Source: Nemertoderma westbladi
Lineage: Eukaryota > Animalia > Xenacoelomorpha
DNA length: 64,000 nt
Assembly (NCBI GenBank): GCA_032718475.1
Contig: JAUCBJ010009137.1
Location: 1-64,000, forward strand
Direction of reading: 5' to 3'
Under the pieces are notes generated by a model. That model saw only the letters and a program-made list of their open reading frames with translations, had not been told where the DNA came from and searched no databases. Positions 1 through 13,183 of this stretch are shown piece after piece. The translations under genes were made by a program, and so were the position numbers. Position 1 is the first letter of the stretch. Each line of letters begins with the position of its first letter.

Positions 1-19
1 ATTGTGATTTGTTTTACTG

Positions 20-810
20 ATGGAAAGCGGGATTCCAAATATGAAACACAATCTGAATTTCGTCGTTAAAATAGCTGAGACATAGGCGTTCGAAAGTTGA
101 ATGGTTTTGCATCTGCGCGAGACTATTTTATTCTATTTAATAAATACATCACATTCTAGAACATTTTGTTTATCCCATACGTAGCTGAGCAACAATGCAT
201 TACATCTTTAATCATATTATTTAATAAAAAAGAAGAAAGTGAAATCCGTATATTAGCAAAATAAAGTAGATATAAAACACCTTATAGCACAAAGTACAAA
301 TTGCACCACTCTAAAGGGCCCAACACCAAGCGGGGGGGGGGGGGGGGGGGGGGGATCAATACCGATCCGGTAGGTCAGATCCCCGCAAACCTGCGCCGTC
401 CCCAAGTCCAAGACCCCGCCACGGCCGACGACCACCGCGCAGACAGAGGGAGTTGGAACGGAGTAAGGAAAACTGGGGGCGCCTTCGAACTCCACCCAAG
501 ACACAGGCGAGGCCGCGTTCCGTCATACTTTGCCGTCGCGAGACTAAGGTCTCGGCGAGGTGGCGAATAAGGATTTCGGCCTCCTTGCACCACACCCCGT
601 CGGTGGTTAATCATATTATTACGTAGCTATTCCTACATAAACAAAATGTTCCAGAATATGGTTATAGAATAAAATAGCCTCGCGGCGCTGGTGCAAAACC
701 ATGAAACATTTGAACGCCCATATCCCAGCTACATACAGTATTACTGTATTACGACGAGATTTCGATTGTGTTACATATTTGGAATTCTTACATGGTCAGT
801 TTTCTATCAG
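20..810. repeat. Diverged inverted-repeat pair (about 20-175 and 635-810), probable MITE interrupted by a LINE fragment
   Basis: gcgagactattttattctat...agaacattttgtttat is mirrored by ataaacaaaatgttcc...atagaataaaatagcctcgc. A related copy of the left arm lies near 44060-44145. Confidence 0.5.
222..606 (-). mobile_element. 5'-truncated CRE-clade (restriction-like endonuclease) non-LTR retrotransposon, 3' end
   Basis: Minus frame reads DGVWCKEAEILIRHLAETL...RRRPQFSLLRSNSLCLRGGRRPWRGLGLGDGAGL, matching the CRE C-terminal pattern. A 14-bp target-site duplication (TSD), ttaatcatattatt, lies at 208-221 and 607-620. Confidence 0.7.
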
Positions 811-1334
811 TTCTCCACCAAATCATCATAAGGTTGAAGAAGATTGGTCTAGGTTAATAACGACTGCGTTAACAAATCAAAAGCATTGAATTTGTCAAAT
901 CTTACAGTATTACAGTTTATTCTAATAACAAAGGTTCATAAATCTTCCATAATAAATTATCCCGGTTTGTATTGTATAGTTATTTGCAATCCCCTAAACT
1001 ATGTTACCATTTTATCAAAAATGATCCCGGTCATATCCCGGCAACCACTTTACTGGGATACCCCAATTATTCCTACCAAGGGTCCCGTCATGGATTTCAC
1101 TTTCAGATATTTCGTCATCTACCGGCAGACTGGAGAACTGCAAAAGGACTAACCTCCTTTGTAGGACACAGCTAATGGTGATAAATATGCTAATATACTA
1201 TACTACAGTATATACTAATTTACTAATAGTAATATACTAATGATAAATATGCCAAGTTTCAGCTTGAACGGATTAACCCTTTAGCACCTAAAGCAGGATT
1301 TTATTTGTGCCCCATATTCCTAAACTAAAATCAC

Positions 1335-1810
1335 AAATCTGAAGTTTATCAGTCTTTCTGTCTGTTTGTCTGTCAAAACTTATAACAGAATACAAACTAA
1401 CTAACATTCTTGCTATGGAGGTTGTAAGGGGTGCTGATTTCATTTCTGATGTCAGTTTTCAGGTTTACATAAAACTAGTCTGTCTGTTCGTCGGTCTGTC
1501 GGTCTTTCTGTCAGTCAGTCAGTCAGTCTGTCAAAACTTAAAAAATAATACAAACTGACTAACATTCTCGCTATGGGGATTTTAATGGGTGCTGATTTGA
1601 TTTCAGATGTCAGTTTTCACGTTTAAAAAAATCTAGTCAGTCTGGCTATCGGTCTTTCTGTCAGTCAGTCTGTCAAAACTTAAGAAAGTATACAAACTAA
1701 CTAACATTCTCGCCATGGGGGTTTTAAGGGTTGCTGATTTCAATTCTGATGTCAGTTTACACGTTTACATAAATCTAGTCTGTCTGTCTGTCGGTCTTTC
1801 TGTCAGTCTG
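1335..1810 (+). repeat. About 150-bp tandem repeat (3-4 units) with GTCT/GTCA microsatellite
   Basis: ctgtcaaaactta...tacaaactaactaacattct recurs near 1370, 1528 and 1670. It resembles the reverse complement of the internal repeats at 60930-61720. Confidence 0.7.
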
Positions 1811-2199
1811 TACTACTGTACTGTGGTTGGCATTACGCCATATACCTAACACTAATAATACAGTCTACAATACAGCCTACAGTACAGAATGGATTTTTTT
1901 GCCATGAAGAGCACTAAATGTCATTAATACTGTCTACCAGTATACCTAGACCAAGAGCCTTCCAATAAAACATGTATTCCAGCATGACGTCCACTGCACG
2001 TCTTAGTGCTGTCCATGGTGACGTGCAGTGGACGTCATCAGGGAAGTGGGGAAGTTGTCCCTTGTATTCATTTCGCCCTTTAGCGGCAGACTGGAGAACT
2101 ACAAACCGATTACCGTCCCCCAAAGATACAGGATGTGTTATATAGTAGAACATACTGTATCTAACAAGTTTCAGTTTGAACGGATCATTAATAACGGAA

Positions 2200-3780
2200 T
2201 GGGTCAAGGCAGGGTTTTTTTACCTATAGGTCTAAGCGATCATTTTATAGTTTTTTGCACAAGAAAGACACAAAAATCTTTTTTCGGGGATCATAAAACA
2301 GTAACAGTTAGGTCTATGAAAAATTACAGCAAGGAACGCTTTTTAAGTTTGTTAGTTAATTCTGACTGGGAACCCTGTTTTAAGGCCGCTGACATTAACC
2401 TTGCGTACACTGTTTTTAAAGATATATTTTTAAAGGCACTTAATACTGTAGCACCAATTAAAGAAATTAGTCTTAAACAACGCACTGAGCCCTGGATGAC
2501 CTCGGGTATTCTTAGTAATATCAGAGAAAGAGATAACTATTTGTATAAATTTAGGAAATACCGTGTTTTAGCTGATTATAATAATTACTGCAAATATAGA
2601 AACCTTGTCCAACGGGAAATAAAAAAAGCTAAATCTGAATATTTGTACAACAAAATAAGTGAGAATAAAGATAATCCTAAAAGTCTATGGTCTACCCTAA
2701 AATCTTTAGGTTATAAAAACTTTAAATCTAAATCGAATATTGTTCTGCAAGATAACGGTGAGCTGATTCATGATCATACTCTAGTTAGTAATTTATTTAA
2801 TAATTATTTTACTAATGTTGCCTCTAATTTAGTTAAGAAATTACCGTTATCAAGTAATAAATATAGTATAGGGTCCGAAACTCTAAATAATTTTTATTTA
2901 GAAAAGTTACAAAATTCAGAAAAGTTATTTTTAAAACCCGTTTCTGAGGATTTCGTTTTTAAAAATCTACTTAGCCTATCAGCCTCAAAAAGTACCGGTC
3001 TAGATCTAATACCTGCCCGTTTTCTTAAGGATGGTGCTGAAGTACTTAAAGTGCCTATTACTTTTATTATTAATTACTCTATCGTAGATAATGTAGTACC
3101 AGACGAACTGAAATTAGCTAAGGTTGTTCCTCTGTATAAAAAGAATAGTAAAGTAGAACCCTGTAATTACAGACCTGTTAGTATCTTAAGTATTGTATCT
3201 AAAATTCTAGAACGTTCTGTTTTTCTACAGCTGGAGGCACATCTTAGTAGGCTAAATCTGATCTATGAACTTCAGTCCGGTTTTCGTAAATCATATTCTA
3301 CAGACACCTGCCTTATTAACTTAACTGATACAATTAGATGTAATAACGCAAAGGGTTTATATACCGGTATGGTAATGTTGGACCTACAAAAGGCTTTCGA
3401 TACTGTAGATCATGAAATTCTGCTTGGTAAGTTAGGCCTGATGGGTGTAGGTTCTATAGACTGGTTCAAGTCCTACCTGTCAGACAGAGGTCAAACTGTA
3501 GTCATTAGCAAATCGCTGTCTACTGTACAAGAGATTACCTGTGGTGTACCGCAAGGTAGTATATTAGGTCCTCTGCTTTTTGTATGCTATGTAAATGATA
3601 TGATAAGTAGTATAGATCCCGATTTTAAACTGATTTTATATGCCGACGACAGTGCTCTTATTTTCTCTCATAAAGATCCTATCCATATTTCCCAAAAGTT
3701 AAGTGCAGTTCTAGAATCCTGTAATGAGTTGTTGGTTGATAAGCTATCCATTCACTACGGTAAGACAGAAAGTATTTTGT
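2200..3780 (+). mobile_element. CR1-group (Crack/L2-like) LINE ORF2 fragment: end of APE endonuclease plus reverse transcriptase, truncated at both ends
   Basis: ORF 2028-3833 contains [52 protein letters not shown] and LYADD. Homology is lost after KTESIL. Confidence 0.9.
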
Positions 3781-3924
3781 ACATTTTGTGGGACTGCTGC
3801 TGTATTCTTATCTTAGAAACTCTCTTTCTTTGAAACAGCTGTATATCTGTAAAATTTACAATTAATAACACATAAATATAATGTACTGTACCTACTATAT
3901 ACATTATGCAAATGAAGTAGAAGC

Positions 3925-4440
3925 TTGATTAACCAATAATTACGAATTATATTTATTTATTTGTTAAGCACGTTAACTAAAAAACCTTACCGGTGGGTGC
4001 GTTAGTACCAAGGTAGTGAAAAACTAAAAAGCAACAAGACCTAGTCGTTGTATGCAATCAGTGATCAGCTGAAGACAGCCCGCTGATCGGTAGGTTTCGC
4101 CCCGCTGCTGAAGGCATTCTCAGGAGGCCAAGTCAGGAAATGTAGAGAGAAATTCACAAAGGGAGACGGAACGAGTATTGAAATGAAGAGAGAGGTCTGT
4201 AAGGTAGGTAACTAACTACTGGGAAGCAGCACCACAAACTTACGCCAATCACGTTTCTGCTTGTTTCGTGTTTGAATGTAAAACATTTCAAGCTTTTGCA
4301 AGACTGGCCGCAATGGATGTCAGCTATTACTTTGAAATGTTTAAGCAATTCACGCCAGTCAGTCAGCCTTCGTGTATTGGGCTCACCGCGGTGAGTCATG
4401 ATGTGGTTGTGCACAGTCTTACACTGTTCGCTCCCATCAT
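3925..4440 (-). mobile_element. Penelope-like element 3' fragment (GIY-YIG tail and 3' region), same family as 25094-26310
   Basis: Reverse complement closely matches about 25785-26310 (HNHIMTHRGEPNTR...KHFKVIA). Confidence 0.8.
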
Positions 4441-4551
4441 TGTTGTTATTATTATTTAACAGTGAAATATTAATTAAAATAAAGACACCGGAGAAAAACA
4501 AACCAGGTACACTTACGGTAGGTTATATAGAGCATACAAATTTGCAACCGC

Positions 4552-4810
4552 TTAAAATAAATCTAAAATAGTTCAAAATATCTACAAAGTTTTAAAATAG
4601 TTTAAAATAAATCTAAAATAGTTCAAAATATCTACAAAGTTTTAAAATAGTTTAAAATAAATCTAAAATAGTTCAAAATATCTACAACGTTTTAAAATAG
4701 TTTAAAATAATTCTAAAATAGTTCAAAATATCTACAACGTTTTAAAATAGTTTAAAATAAATCTAAAATAGTTCAAAATATCTAAAAATTTATAAAATAG
4801 TTTACAATAA
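4552..4810. repeat. 50-bp tandem repeat (about 5 units) in the LINE 3' UTR
   Basis: atctaaaatagttcaaaatatctac recurs at 4561, 4611 and onward with 50-bp period. Confidence 0.85.
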
Positions 4811-5183
4811 AAAATAACGCATTAGCAGATAAAATTCGACATATAGTACATAATACATAAAACCACTTAAAAAAAACATGAAGGAGAGACAACATTACAA
4901 TAACTGGTTATATTATATTAAAACATATTTATCACATAGCTCGGTTAAAATAACAAAAAGAAAGTAAATTCAGGCCTTTAACTTTATTAGAGAAAATGCT
5001 TTTGGACAATGAGTTAACAATCTCAGCAGGTAGCCAGTTCCAAATAGGAACGACTTTGTACGCAAATATATTTTTACACATTAACAGGCGATACTGCCGG
5101 TGGTGCAACTTGCGGTCATGTCCTCTCAACCCAGCCCTATATTTAAGTCAACGTCGTTATTATATATAGCAAATGTCATCTTC

Positions 5184-6556
5184 TATGGCATACTTTTGGT
5201 ATTTTAATTCGATATAATTTTATGACGGCCGATAAAGGTACCAACATCGACCGTCACTAATTAAATACTGTAAATTATCGACCGTCGTTATTAATGTTGA
5301 CATTATCGACCGTCGTAATTAAATACTGGAACCAGATCGACCGTCGTTATTAATGTTGACATTATCGACCGTCGTAATTAATAGCTGTTGTTGTTGCTAT
5401 GATACCATGAATAGGCGGGATATTTGAATTATGTCCTGCAATAGGCCTAGATTTGGGTACTGCTGTACTGTACCGCACCGGTGCGGTGCTGCTGTAGGTA
5501 ATTAATATAATTACTTACCGTACTGCCCTGCCGTTTTACTACCTTCGTTTCGTTTCTTAATTTTATATTACAGTTTGCCAGAGGCTAGTTTAAATATGGC
5601 ATATCAAGTTGAAATAGAAATAATGCACCAGGAGATATTGTCTGTAATTAGTAAGTGCGAACAATTACATCTCCATGATGATATCCGGAGTTCACCTAGT
5701 GTCATCTGTGATGTTGATGTTTTGAACGACTTGTATCAGCGAATTAGACACGCAGCAACAAACTTGGACTTAGTAAACAGTATTAATTCTCCTAATAATC
5801 ATACTGCTGTACTGGCGTGGCTTTATCATGGCTATCTTATTCAAATACGTAAAAACTTACTTACAGCTGTAACACCTGAGAATAGGTCTACAGTAGGTCC
5901 TCGTCTCGTTGCACAGACTTAATCAGACTGCCATATAGAGGTTTTACTAGCAGGTCTTTAAGAATCGGAGTTGATAATCAGCGCGGTGGTCCGTCATTTG
6001 ACATTCCTTCGGAAACCCTGATTTTCCTTAAAGAAACAAAATTGTGTTACTGCACCGAAATTACTGTAGTTGGAACTTTTAACAGTAAGTTTACCCAGTT
6101 GATTAATTACTGTTAGTAAACTGATAAATACAAAACATAGGAAGGCATTAAGGCCTACACGGCAGTGCGGAAATTAAATATATTAATTACCACTGCAGCA
6201 CCCAAATCCACAGCTGCAGTACACAAATCTAGGTCTATTGCAGGACATAATTCAAATATCCCGCCTATTCATGTTATCATAGCAACAACAACAGCTATTA
6301 ATTACGACGGTCGATAATGTCAACATTAATAACGACGGTCGATCTGGTTCCAGTATTTAATTACGACGGTCGATAATGTCAACATTAATAACGACGGTCG
6401 ATCTGGTTCCAGTATTTAATTACGACTCATGATAATTATCAGCATTTTATTACGACGGTCGATAATTTACAGTATTTAATTAGTGACGGTCGATGTTGGT
6501 ACCTTTATCGGCCGTCATAAAATTATATCGAATTAAAATACCAAAAGTATGCCATA
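5184..6556. mobile_element. IS3EU-like non-autonomous DNA transposon with long terminal inverted repeats (TIRs)
   Basis: Termini are TATGGCATAC...GTATGCCATA. TIRs of about 280-340 bp are built from atcgaccgtc subrepeats. A 6-bp TSD, atcttc, lies at 5178-5183 and 6557-6562. Internal ORF remnant at 5575-5922. Confidence 0.7.
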
Positions 6557-6973
6557 ATCTTCAGGTCATAAATTATTCGGCGGACTTCTAATGGTTGCAA
6601 CTGTAGGTCAGTAAGGCGATCTAAATAACTTACGAACAATCTAAATTACAACGTTTAAAAAGGCGGCGTGAGAAATATCGCTGGACACGCTCAATTAAAT
6701 CTATACTTCCTAAACGATACGGAGACCACACTGATGTACAGTATTCTAACAAGGGTCGCACATAAGATTTATAAGCTATAAGTAATGCACTACCCGGTTG
6801 TTGGTGTGAAAGCACTTAAATACAAGGTTGATCATTTTGAAAGCCTTTGCAGATTGTTCACGACAATAGGTATCAAAAATAAGGTTACTTCACATTGTAA
6901 TACCGAGGTCCCTACAATATGTTTCTACATTTAAAACTTCCACCCTAACATATATTGGCAGTCAGTGCGGTCT

Positions 6974-9719
6974 TGTAATGGATTTTTCGTGCTCCTTGGC
7001 ACGATAAGCTCCTAAAACGGCTTTGAATCTCAAAAAAGTTCCAGGTAGTGCTCTACTTTCGCTTAGTGTTTTGGTTTTCCGGCTACCATAAAATATTTCC
7101 ACTTGAACACGGTCCTTCAATGACTTGTTATTTACGGACATCCACAACTTTTCAATATAGTACAAAAACGCAGTGATTTTCTATTCTTCCCAAATAATAC
7201 TGTATATTGCTTCCTTCTAAATAAATGAATTAGCTGGAAGCAGGACAATTCGGTCCCGGACAATTCGGTCCGGACAATTCGGTCCCGGACAATTCGGTCC
7301 CATTAATTTTGTGTTTTGGGACCGAATTGTCCGGGACCGAATTGTCCGGGACCGAATTGTCCGGATACTGACTAGGACAATTCGGTCCCAAAACATGCAT
7401 ATTAATGGGACCGAATTGTCCGGGACCGAATTGTCCGGGACCGAATTGTCCAGGACCGAATTGTCCGGGACCAAATTTAATTGGTACTATATAATGGTGA
7501 ATGTTCTAGAACCTTAATATATATTAATATATGGTAGCTAGTGTTTTATTTACTAGCTAGTATTTTTTTTTAAATAAAAAAAATTTACTTTTTTTTGTTA
7601 ACATTATTATTTATGGTAGCTATGGTGTTTTTATGGAGCTTGTGATTTATTTACTAGCTAGTAATAGTACGTATTTAAAATGTTTAAAACTGATTTTTTT
7701 TATATACTGCGTAAGTATAATGTATGTGTTGTTGGTTGGTAACAAGCCTAAATTCAGAAATTATTATCCTAGATAATAGCTGGATCTCATTCAGGGACTG
7801 TTATAATATCATCAATATTGTTGGTAATTAATATAATCAGCAACAGTTTAGGCCTAATTCTGAAATATCAATGTTTTCACAGGTGTTTTTATAATTTCAA
7901 GGAAATGCTAGCTAGTAAAAAAAAAACACTAGCTACACCTTAATAAATAATATATAATAATGTACTCGAACACTACCAATGACAAAAATAAAAAAAAATA
8001 CAGTATTTTTAAAATTTCAAAAAATTCTAGCAAGTAAATAACACTAGCTACCATAACAAATATCTCTACTAATGTTCTAGAACATTCACCAATATCAAAA
8101 AAGCACTAAAAAGTTGCTATCAGGAACCGGACAATTCGGTCCCGGACAATTCGGTCCTAGGACAATTCGGTCCTAGGACAATTCGGTCCCGGACAATTCG
8201 GTCCCATTTATTTACAGTTTTGGGACCGAATTGTCCGGGACCGAATTGTCCGGGACCGAATTGTCCGGACCGAATTGTCCGGGACCGAATTGTCCGGGAC
8301 CGAATTGTCCTACATCCGAATTAGCTTACTGTAACACTGCAGAAACACCCCTGGGATGAGGAAAAAGATAGAAACCGGGTGAGGGATGGTTTGTGTCCGT
8401 TAGGATCCAAAGTATAGCCTCTAAATAATCCAAAAAGCAGAGAAAATATACCGTAATTTTAGCCGTTTTGTTTTGCTAAAAATACGCCGGGAAAAATATA
8501 CAAATAAAGGGAAAAAATCTAACAATAAAGAAAGAATCTATAAACAAAGGTCGCGGGTTAAGTATAAAAGCTGTGAATATAGGTCTTAAAAAACAATGGA
8601 AAATCGTATCAAACTTGGTGCAGCTTCACGCTATTGGAACTTGGCGATAGTGCAGAACACCAGGTTACCGTCTGAGTCCAAACAGGGGTGGTACCGATTG
8701 GACTTAAAAGGTTAGCTGCAATTTGTTCTCAGGCCATATAGGTTTATTTGGGCAAACCACAAATAAACGTATAGCCAGCCTGCGGACAGTGCACCAGCAC
8801 TACCGTGGGCAGGAGAGCCGAGCAGGTGGAGACGCTGCCACTTTTGCCTCAATAGCGAGCACACAAGCGCTCCGCTCCGGGCTTGTCTAGCCAATTTGCT
8901 CAGCCCAACGGTGGAACCGTCTTACGTTACTGGCGACCGCAAAGCCTTTCGCAGGCCCGATCCAGCAACAAGGACGGCCCCCAACTCGGAACAGAGCTGA
9001 CTTCTAGGCCAGGGACCTCTGCTGTACTGAGGAGCAGGACTCAACAGTTATGCCTGGGGCAGAGTGGAAACTCTTGAAGTTTTAGTCCCGATGCGCCCCT
9101 ATTTATAGCCTGCTGTGGGGTCAATATGGAGGTGACCCCTAATTATCACCTGCGCGCGGGTGGACTTTCTGGGCAGAGACTTTACGTTCAAACAATGTTA
9201 AATATAATTACCCAATATAATAGACCAATTAATATTGGTGCACGTTCGAACAATATTAGATATAATTACTCAATAATATAGACCAATTAATATTGGTGCC
9301 TGGATGGAGTTTAGAAGGTGACTTGTCAATCACTCCCTACTGCTATTGGGTGGTGGCCATAGGCTGCGTACTGGGGGCCGGTGTAAGGGAAGGGATGTAT
9401 TGCATAACAATGGACCCTGGATAGTGCATTGGATGGAGTGTATTGGGCGGATTAGGCAAGGCTTGACACGCCCGCCACGACTAAGGATGTCTGGGTTGGG
9501 GCAATTAATCGTAATGTGAGATATGGGATAATATTCTGAGAAGAATATTTTGGTGAATATTTCCGGGATGAATATTGCGTCGAATATTTTGAGATAAATA
9601 TTACGACTGAATAAGGAAAGGGGGAATAATTATATTGTAATTATTTCGTTATTAAAATCAGAATCCTGAGGAAGTGTATTTTGTATGTTTGCCTACGGAG
9701 GTGCGAAAAATTGATTACA
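6974..9719 (-). mobile_element. Solo LTR (about 1.65 kb once the nested MITE is removed)
   Basis: Termini TGTAAT...ATTACA with 5-bp TSD ggtct at 6969-6973 and 9720-9724. Minus-strand TATAAATA near 9100. Removing it restores the LINE frame (SVLHIDSADRTDCQY). Confidence 0.8.
7236..8317. mobile_element. Mutator/Foldback-like MITE with 16-bp subterminal repeat arrays
   Basis: 9-bp TSD gaattagct at 7227-7235 and 8318-8326. Termini GGAAGCAGGACAATTCGG / CCGAATTGTCCTACATCC. Arrays of ggacaattcggtcccg occur in both orientations at each end. Confidence 0.85.
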
Positions 9720-12700
9720 GGTCTGCCGAGTCGATGTGAAGCACGCTGCATTTATGTGCTGCAATATGCAGTTGCCAAGTGGCAGACCAGATTTCCAAAT
9801 CTAATAAGGCTTTGTTAAGTATTAATCTATCTGAAGTCTGTGCATATAGCTTTACATCGTCGGCAAATAATTTACATGATACACGGCGATCAATGGCATC
9901 AGGTAAGTCATGAATAAATATAATAAATCATATTGGGCCTAGGACACTTCCTTGAGGTGTTCCAGATACCACGTGGCAGACATCGGAGAAACTATTACCA
10001 ATTAATACTTTTTGACTACGATCTGTTAAAAATGCAGATAACCATAACAGTAAATCGCCAGTAATACCGTAACTAGATAGCTTAAACAATAATTTACTAT
10101 GTACCACAGAATCAAAAGCTTTGGCAAAATCTACATATATTATATCACAGCTATGACGTTTATCCAATAAGTTGCACCACTCCGTAACACATTCTAATAA
10201 TTGAGTACAAGTAGACCGCTTTTTTAAAAACCCATGCTGAGATTTAGATATTACTTTGTGTAAGTATAAATATTCTAATACTGTCTCCTTGATACACATC
10301 TCCATAATCTTACATGAAATACAAGTTAACGAAATGGGTCTATAATTATACGGATTAGAGGCATCACCTTTCTTATAAACCGGTGTAATGTAAGCAGTTA
10401 ACCATATAGAAGGTAGAGCATGACTACTAAATGATACTTGAAATATAGTAGCTAAAGGAGCTGCAAGGCACCGTGATAAATAACAAATTAGGGAAACCAT
10501 CTGGAGTGCGACTGGATTTACCTTCAATCTTACAATACAAAGTATACACTTTAATTGGGGTAAAATTAGGCACAGCACCATCATCAAGTGAAAAGTTTCC
10601 TGAAAAAACACTAGATAAAATTCGAGCCTTATCACAATCATTAACAACTGTTGCACCATGGCCTACTTAAATAGTAGTATATTTAAGTAGGCCATGGTTG
10701 CACCTTTGTACTTAAATGGAGAAATACCTGATTTCAGGTTACGGTTACTATTTTCGGTTACTATTTTCGCGTATGCAGGCAGCCCGGAAGGTTGCTTGTG
10801 ATGTAGCTTTAGCACATTTCTTATATTCCAATCCACCATTAACTGTATGGCGCCGCCGCCATAACAGTTTTTTCTTACGCTGGAGAAGTCTAAGGAACTC
10901 TGGTTGGACTATTTTGTTACGCTTTGCACCAAAAACCTTAAATGGAACAAATTTATCAATCCCTGCATGTAGAGTAGCACTAAAAATATCCCAGAAATAA
11001 TTTAACAGCAAACATGAATTGAAAACAGAGGGCCAGGCTATGTTATCTATATAGTCGGAAAACTTATCATAGTCTGCATTTTTAAAATCATAAAAACCAG
11101 TACAATCATGAGAAGTAAAGTTACGGTCAGCAGATAAAATGCTAAAAACAACAGAATCGCGATCGCTTGTATTGAAAGGGGCCAAAACATTAACATTAGA
11201 AATAAACATATCTTCAGTAGAAAAAACAAGGTCTAACACATTATTACCACGGGTAGGTTTTAGCTGCAATTGATTTAGACTATTCTCTAGGAAACATTGA
11301 GAAAGCACATTATAGTTATCATTAGAGGGATGGGTTAATTTAACCCAATCATAATCAGGCAGGTTAAAGTCTCCAGTTACCACGTATGGGTAGGTAACTT
11401 CACAAAGGGAAGATAAATCAAGGGTTGCTATAGTGCCCGACCGATATGTACAAATAAAGCGACTCGGGGGAACTACCCACCAAATCCACGGCCACCACTT
11501 CTACTGTGTCCTCAAACTGCTCAGGTAATTTAACCTTGACACATTTGATGTCTGTTCGCACACGAATGGCGACACCACCCCCCCTAGAGACGCGATCGTT
11601 CCGGAATACCATATAATCACCATTACCACTAACCATTTTATCAGTTATTTCGTCTGTTAACCAAGACTCAGTGATACCAACAATACCATATCCATTTGAC
11701 TGTAGAAAGAACTCAAAGTCTGTTAGTTTATTCTTAAGCGACTGTGCATTTATTATGCAGCATTCAGTAAAAGGGTCCTTAGGTTGCTTTCCTCCATTTA
11801 TGCGTTTTCCGATGGAGATATTGGAGATGGAGATGAGATTGAAGAAGGAGATAGAGGTCGGTTTGTTGATTGGGTTGATCTTGTTATCTTTGGATGGAAG
11901 GCTGGAGACTATTGAGACAATTGCATCTTTCTGATGGAATTCCGACTCCAACAGGGAAGATATATTATCTTTGTCAGAGTCTTTGCCTAATACCAGTAAT
12001 CCTCGAATCACGACATTCAACTCCCGTTTCTGCTGTTCTCGCACTTCCCGGTCTACATCATCCAATGTCATCATGGATGCCATAGTCCGTGTTGTCTTCC
12101 GGCTAACTGTGGTCCATGGTGTATCTGAAGACCCTGACGCTAGACCATTTGATTCTTCTCGTAGCTCATCTAAATCCGAGTTCAGCTGCTTAAACCCCTT
12201 TGAAATTGAGTCATTGAGGTTGGACACGACCGAATTAGTGTTTCCGTAGTAACAGCTGGCGGATTAACATTAGGTTCCCCAATGGTAAAACTGCCACGCG
12301 ATTCACATATGTTGCACACTATTTTACAGTTTTTACTCTTAGTGAGAATGGGAATATCTGATTTGGCCAAGCCGAGGCATGCGGTGTGTATCCAAGACCC
12401 ACAGCAGTCACACCCCAAGCAATCTTTCCCAAGAACTGCCTTGGCACAATGTGGACACAGACTTTCCACCGAAACATTCCCATCACTCGATTGATCACCT
12501 AAATCGCATTGGGCAGCATGATTATTGAAAGCTGCTTTGTCAATGAAAAGCGCTGAACAACCATCACAGTTAAAACAGTTTAGAGAGGTCAATTTTCCCA
12601 GAACTTCGAGTTGCAGGCTGGCCAAACGCCACGCTGGGGATTGCGAAATGCTGGGAACATGGCCGGATTTAGATTTCCGCTTGTCTTTGGCTGTGTTTGA

Positions 12701-13183
12701 CATTGCAATTTTTATGTTGGCAAAAATTACAATCAACAGTTTATATATCTACAAATTAAGGAATTACATGTACAATCAAGCAGTACATCAGTAAGTCAGA
12801 ATTACTGATTAGGCTGTCTTCAGTCTAATGCTGTAAATAAGACTGATACTGATCCAATTGTGTGAGATGCGCCCGCATCTGGTTCCGGATCCCGCTCAGA
12901 TGGTGGTGCGTAATGAAGAAAATATAAGATGTCTGACTGCTGAGGCTGACTATTTAATATAATATAATATTGCTGTAAAACTAAAAAACTACTGAACTAT
13001 GAAGTACCGGTACCTCACAACACAACCCTCCCCCACTAAATACAGCAATAATAATATAATCCCTCTCTGACTGGCCCCCAGATTATATGTGTCACAGTGT
13101 CAACACAGTTGATTGCACTACCGCTAAGTGCTAACAATGTGAGAGAATCTACTTACTAAATATGATGTGCAATGAACCAATAG

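Larger units (their letters stand above)
4445..12900 (-). mobile_element. Degenerate near full-length CR1-clade LINE split by nested insertions
   Basis: ORF1 remnant 12182-12736 has a PHD finger (CPHC...CDCCGSWIHTAC...CNIC). APE motifs (GITESWL, GDFN, LDLV) lie at 10748-12227. RT motifs (NYRPISLT, DFAKAFDSV, GTPQGSVLGP) lie at 9928-10659, with FADD near 9860. The C-terminus includes YKSYVRPLLEY (6630-6815) and RGH...WNWLP (4932-5129), followed by an (AAT)n tail near 4445. The 5' boundary is approximate. Confidence 0.85.

Noticed and set aside
332-354. Poly-G/C tracts (also near 29263, 43808 and 51567) giving poly-Gly/Pro ORFs
   Set aside because: Simple homopolymers of unreliable length with no coding evidence.
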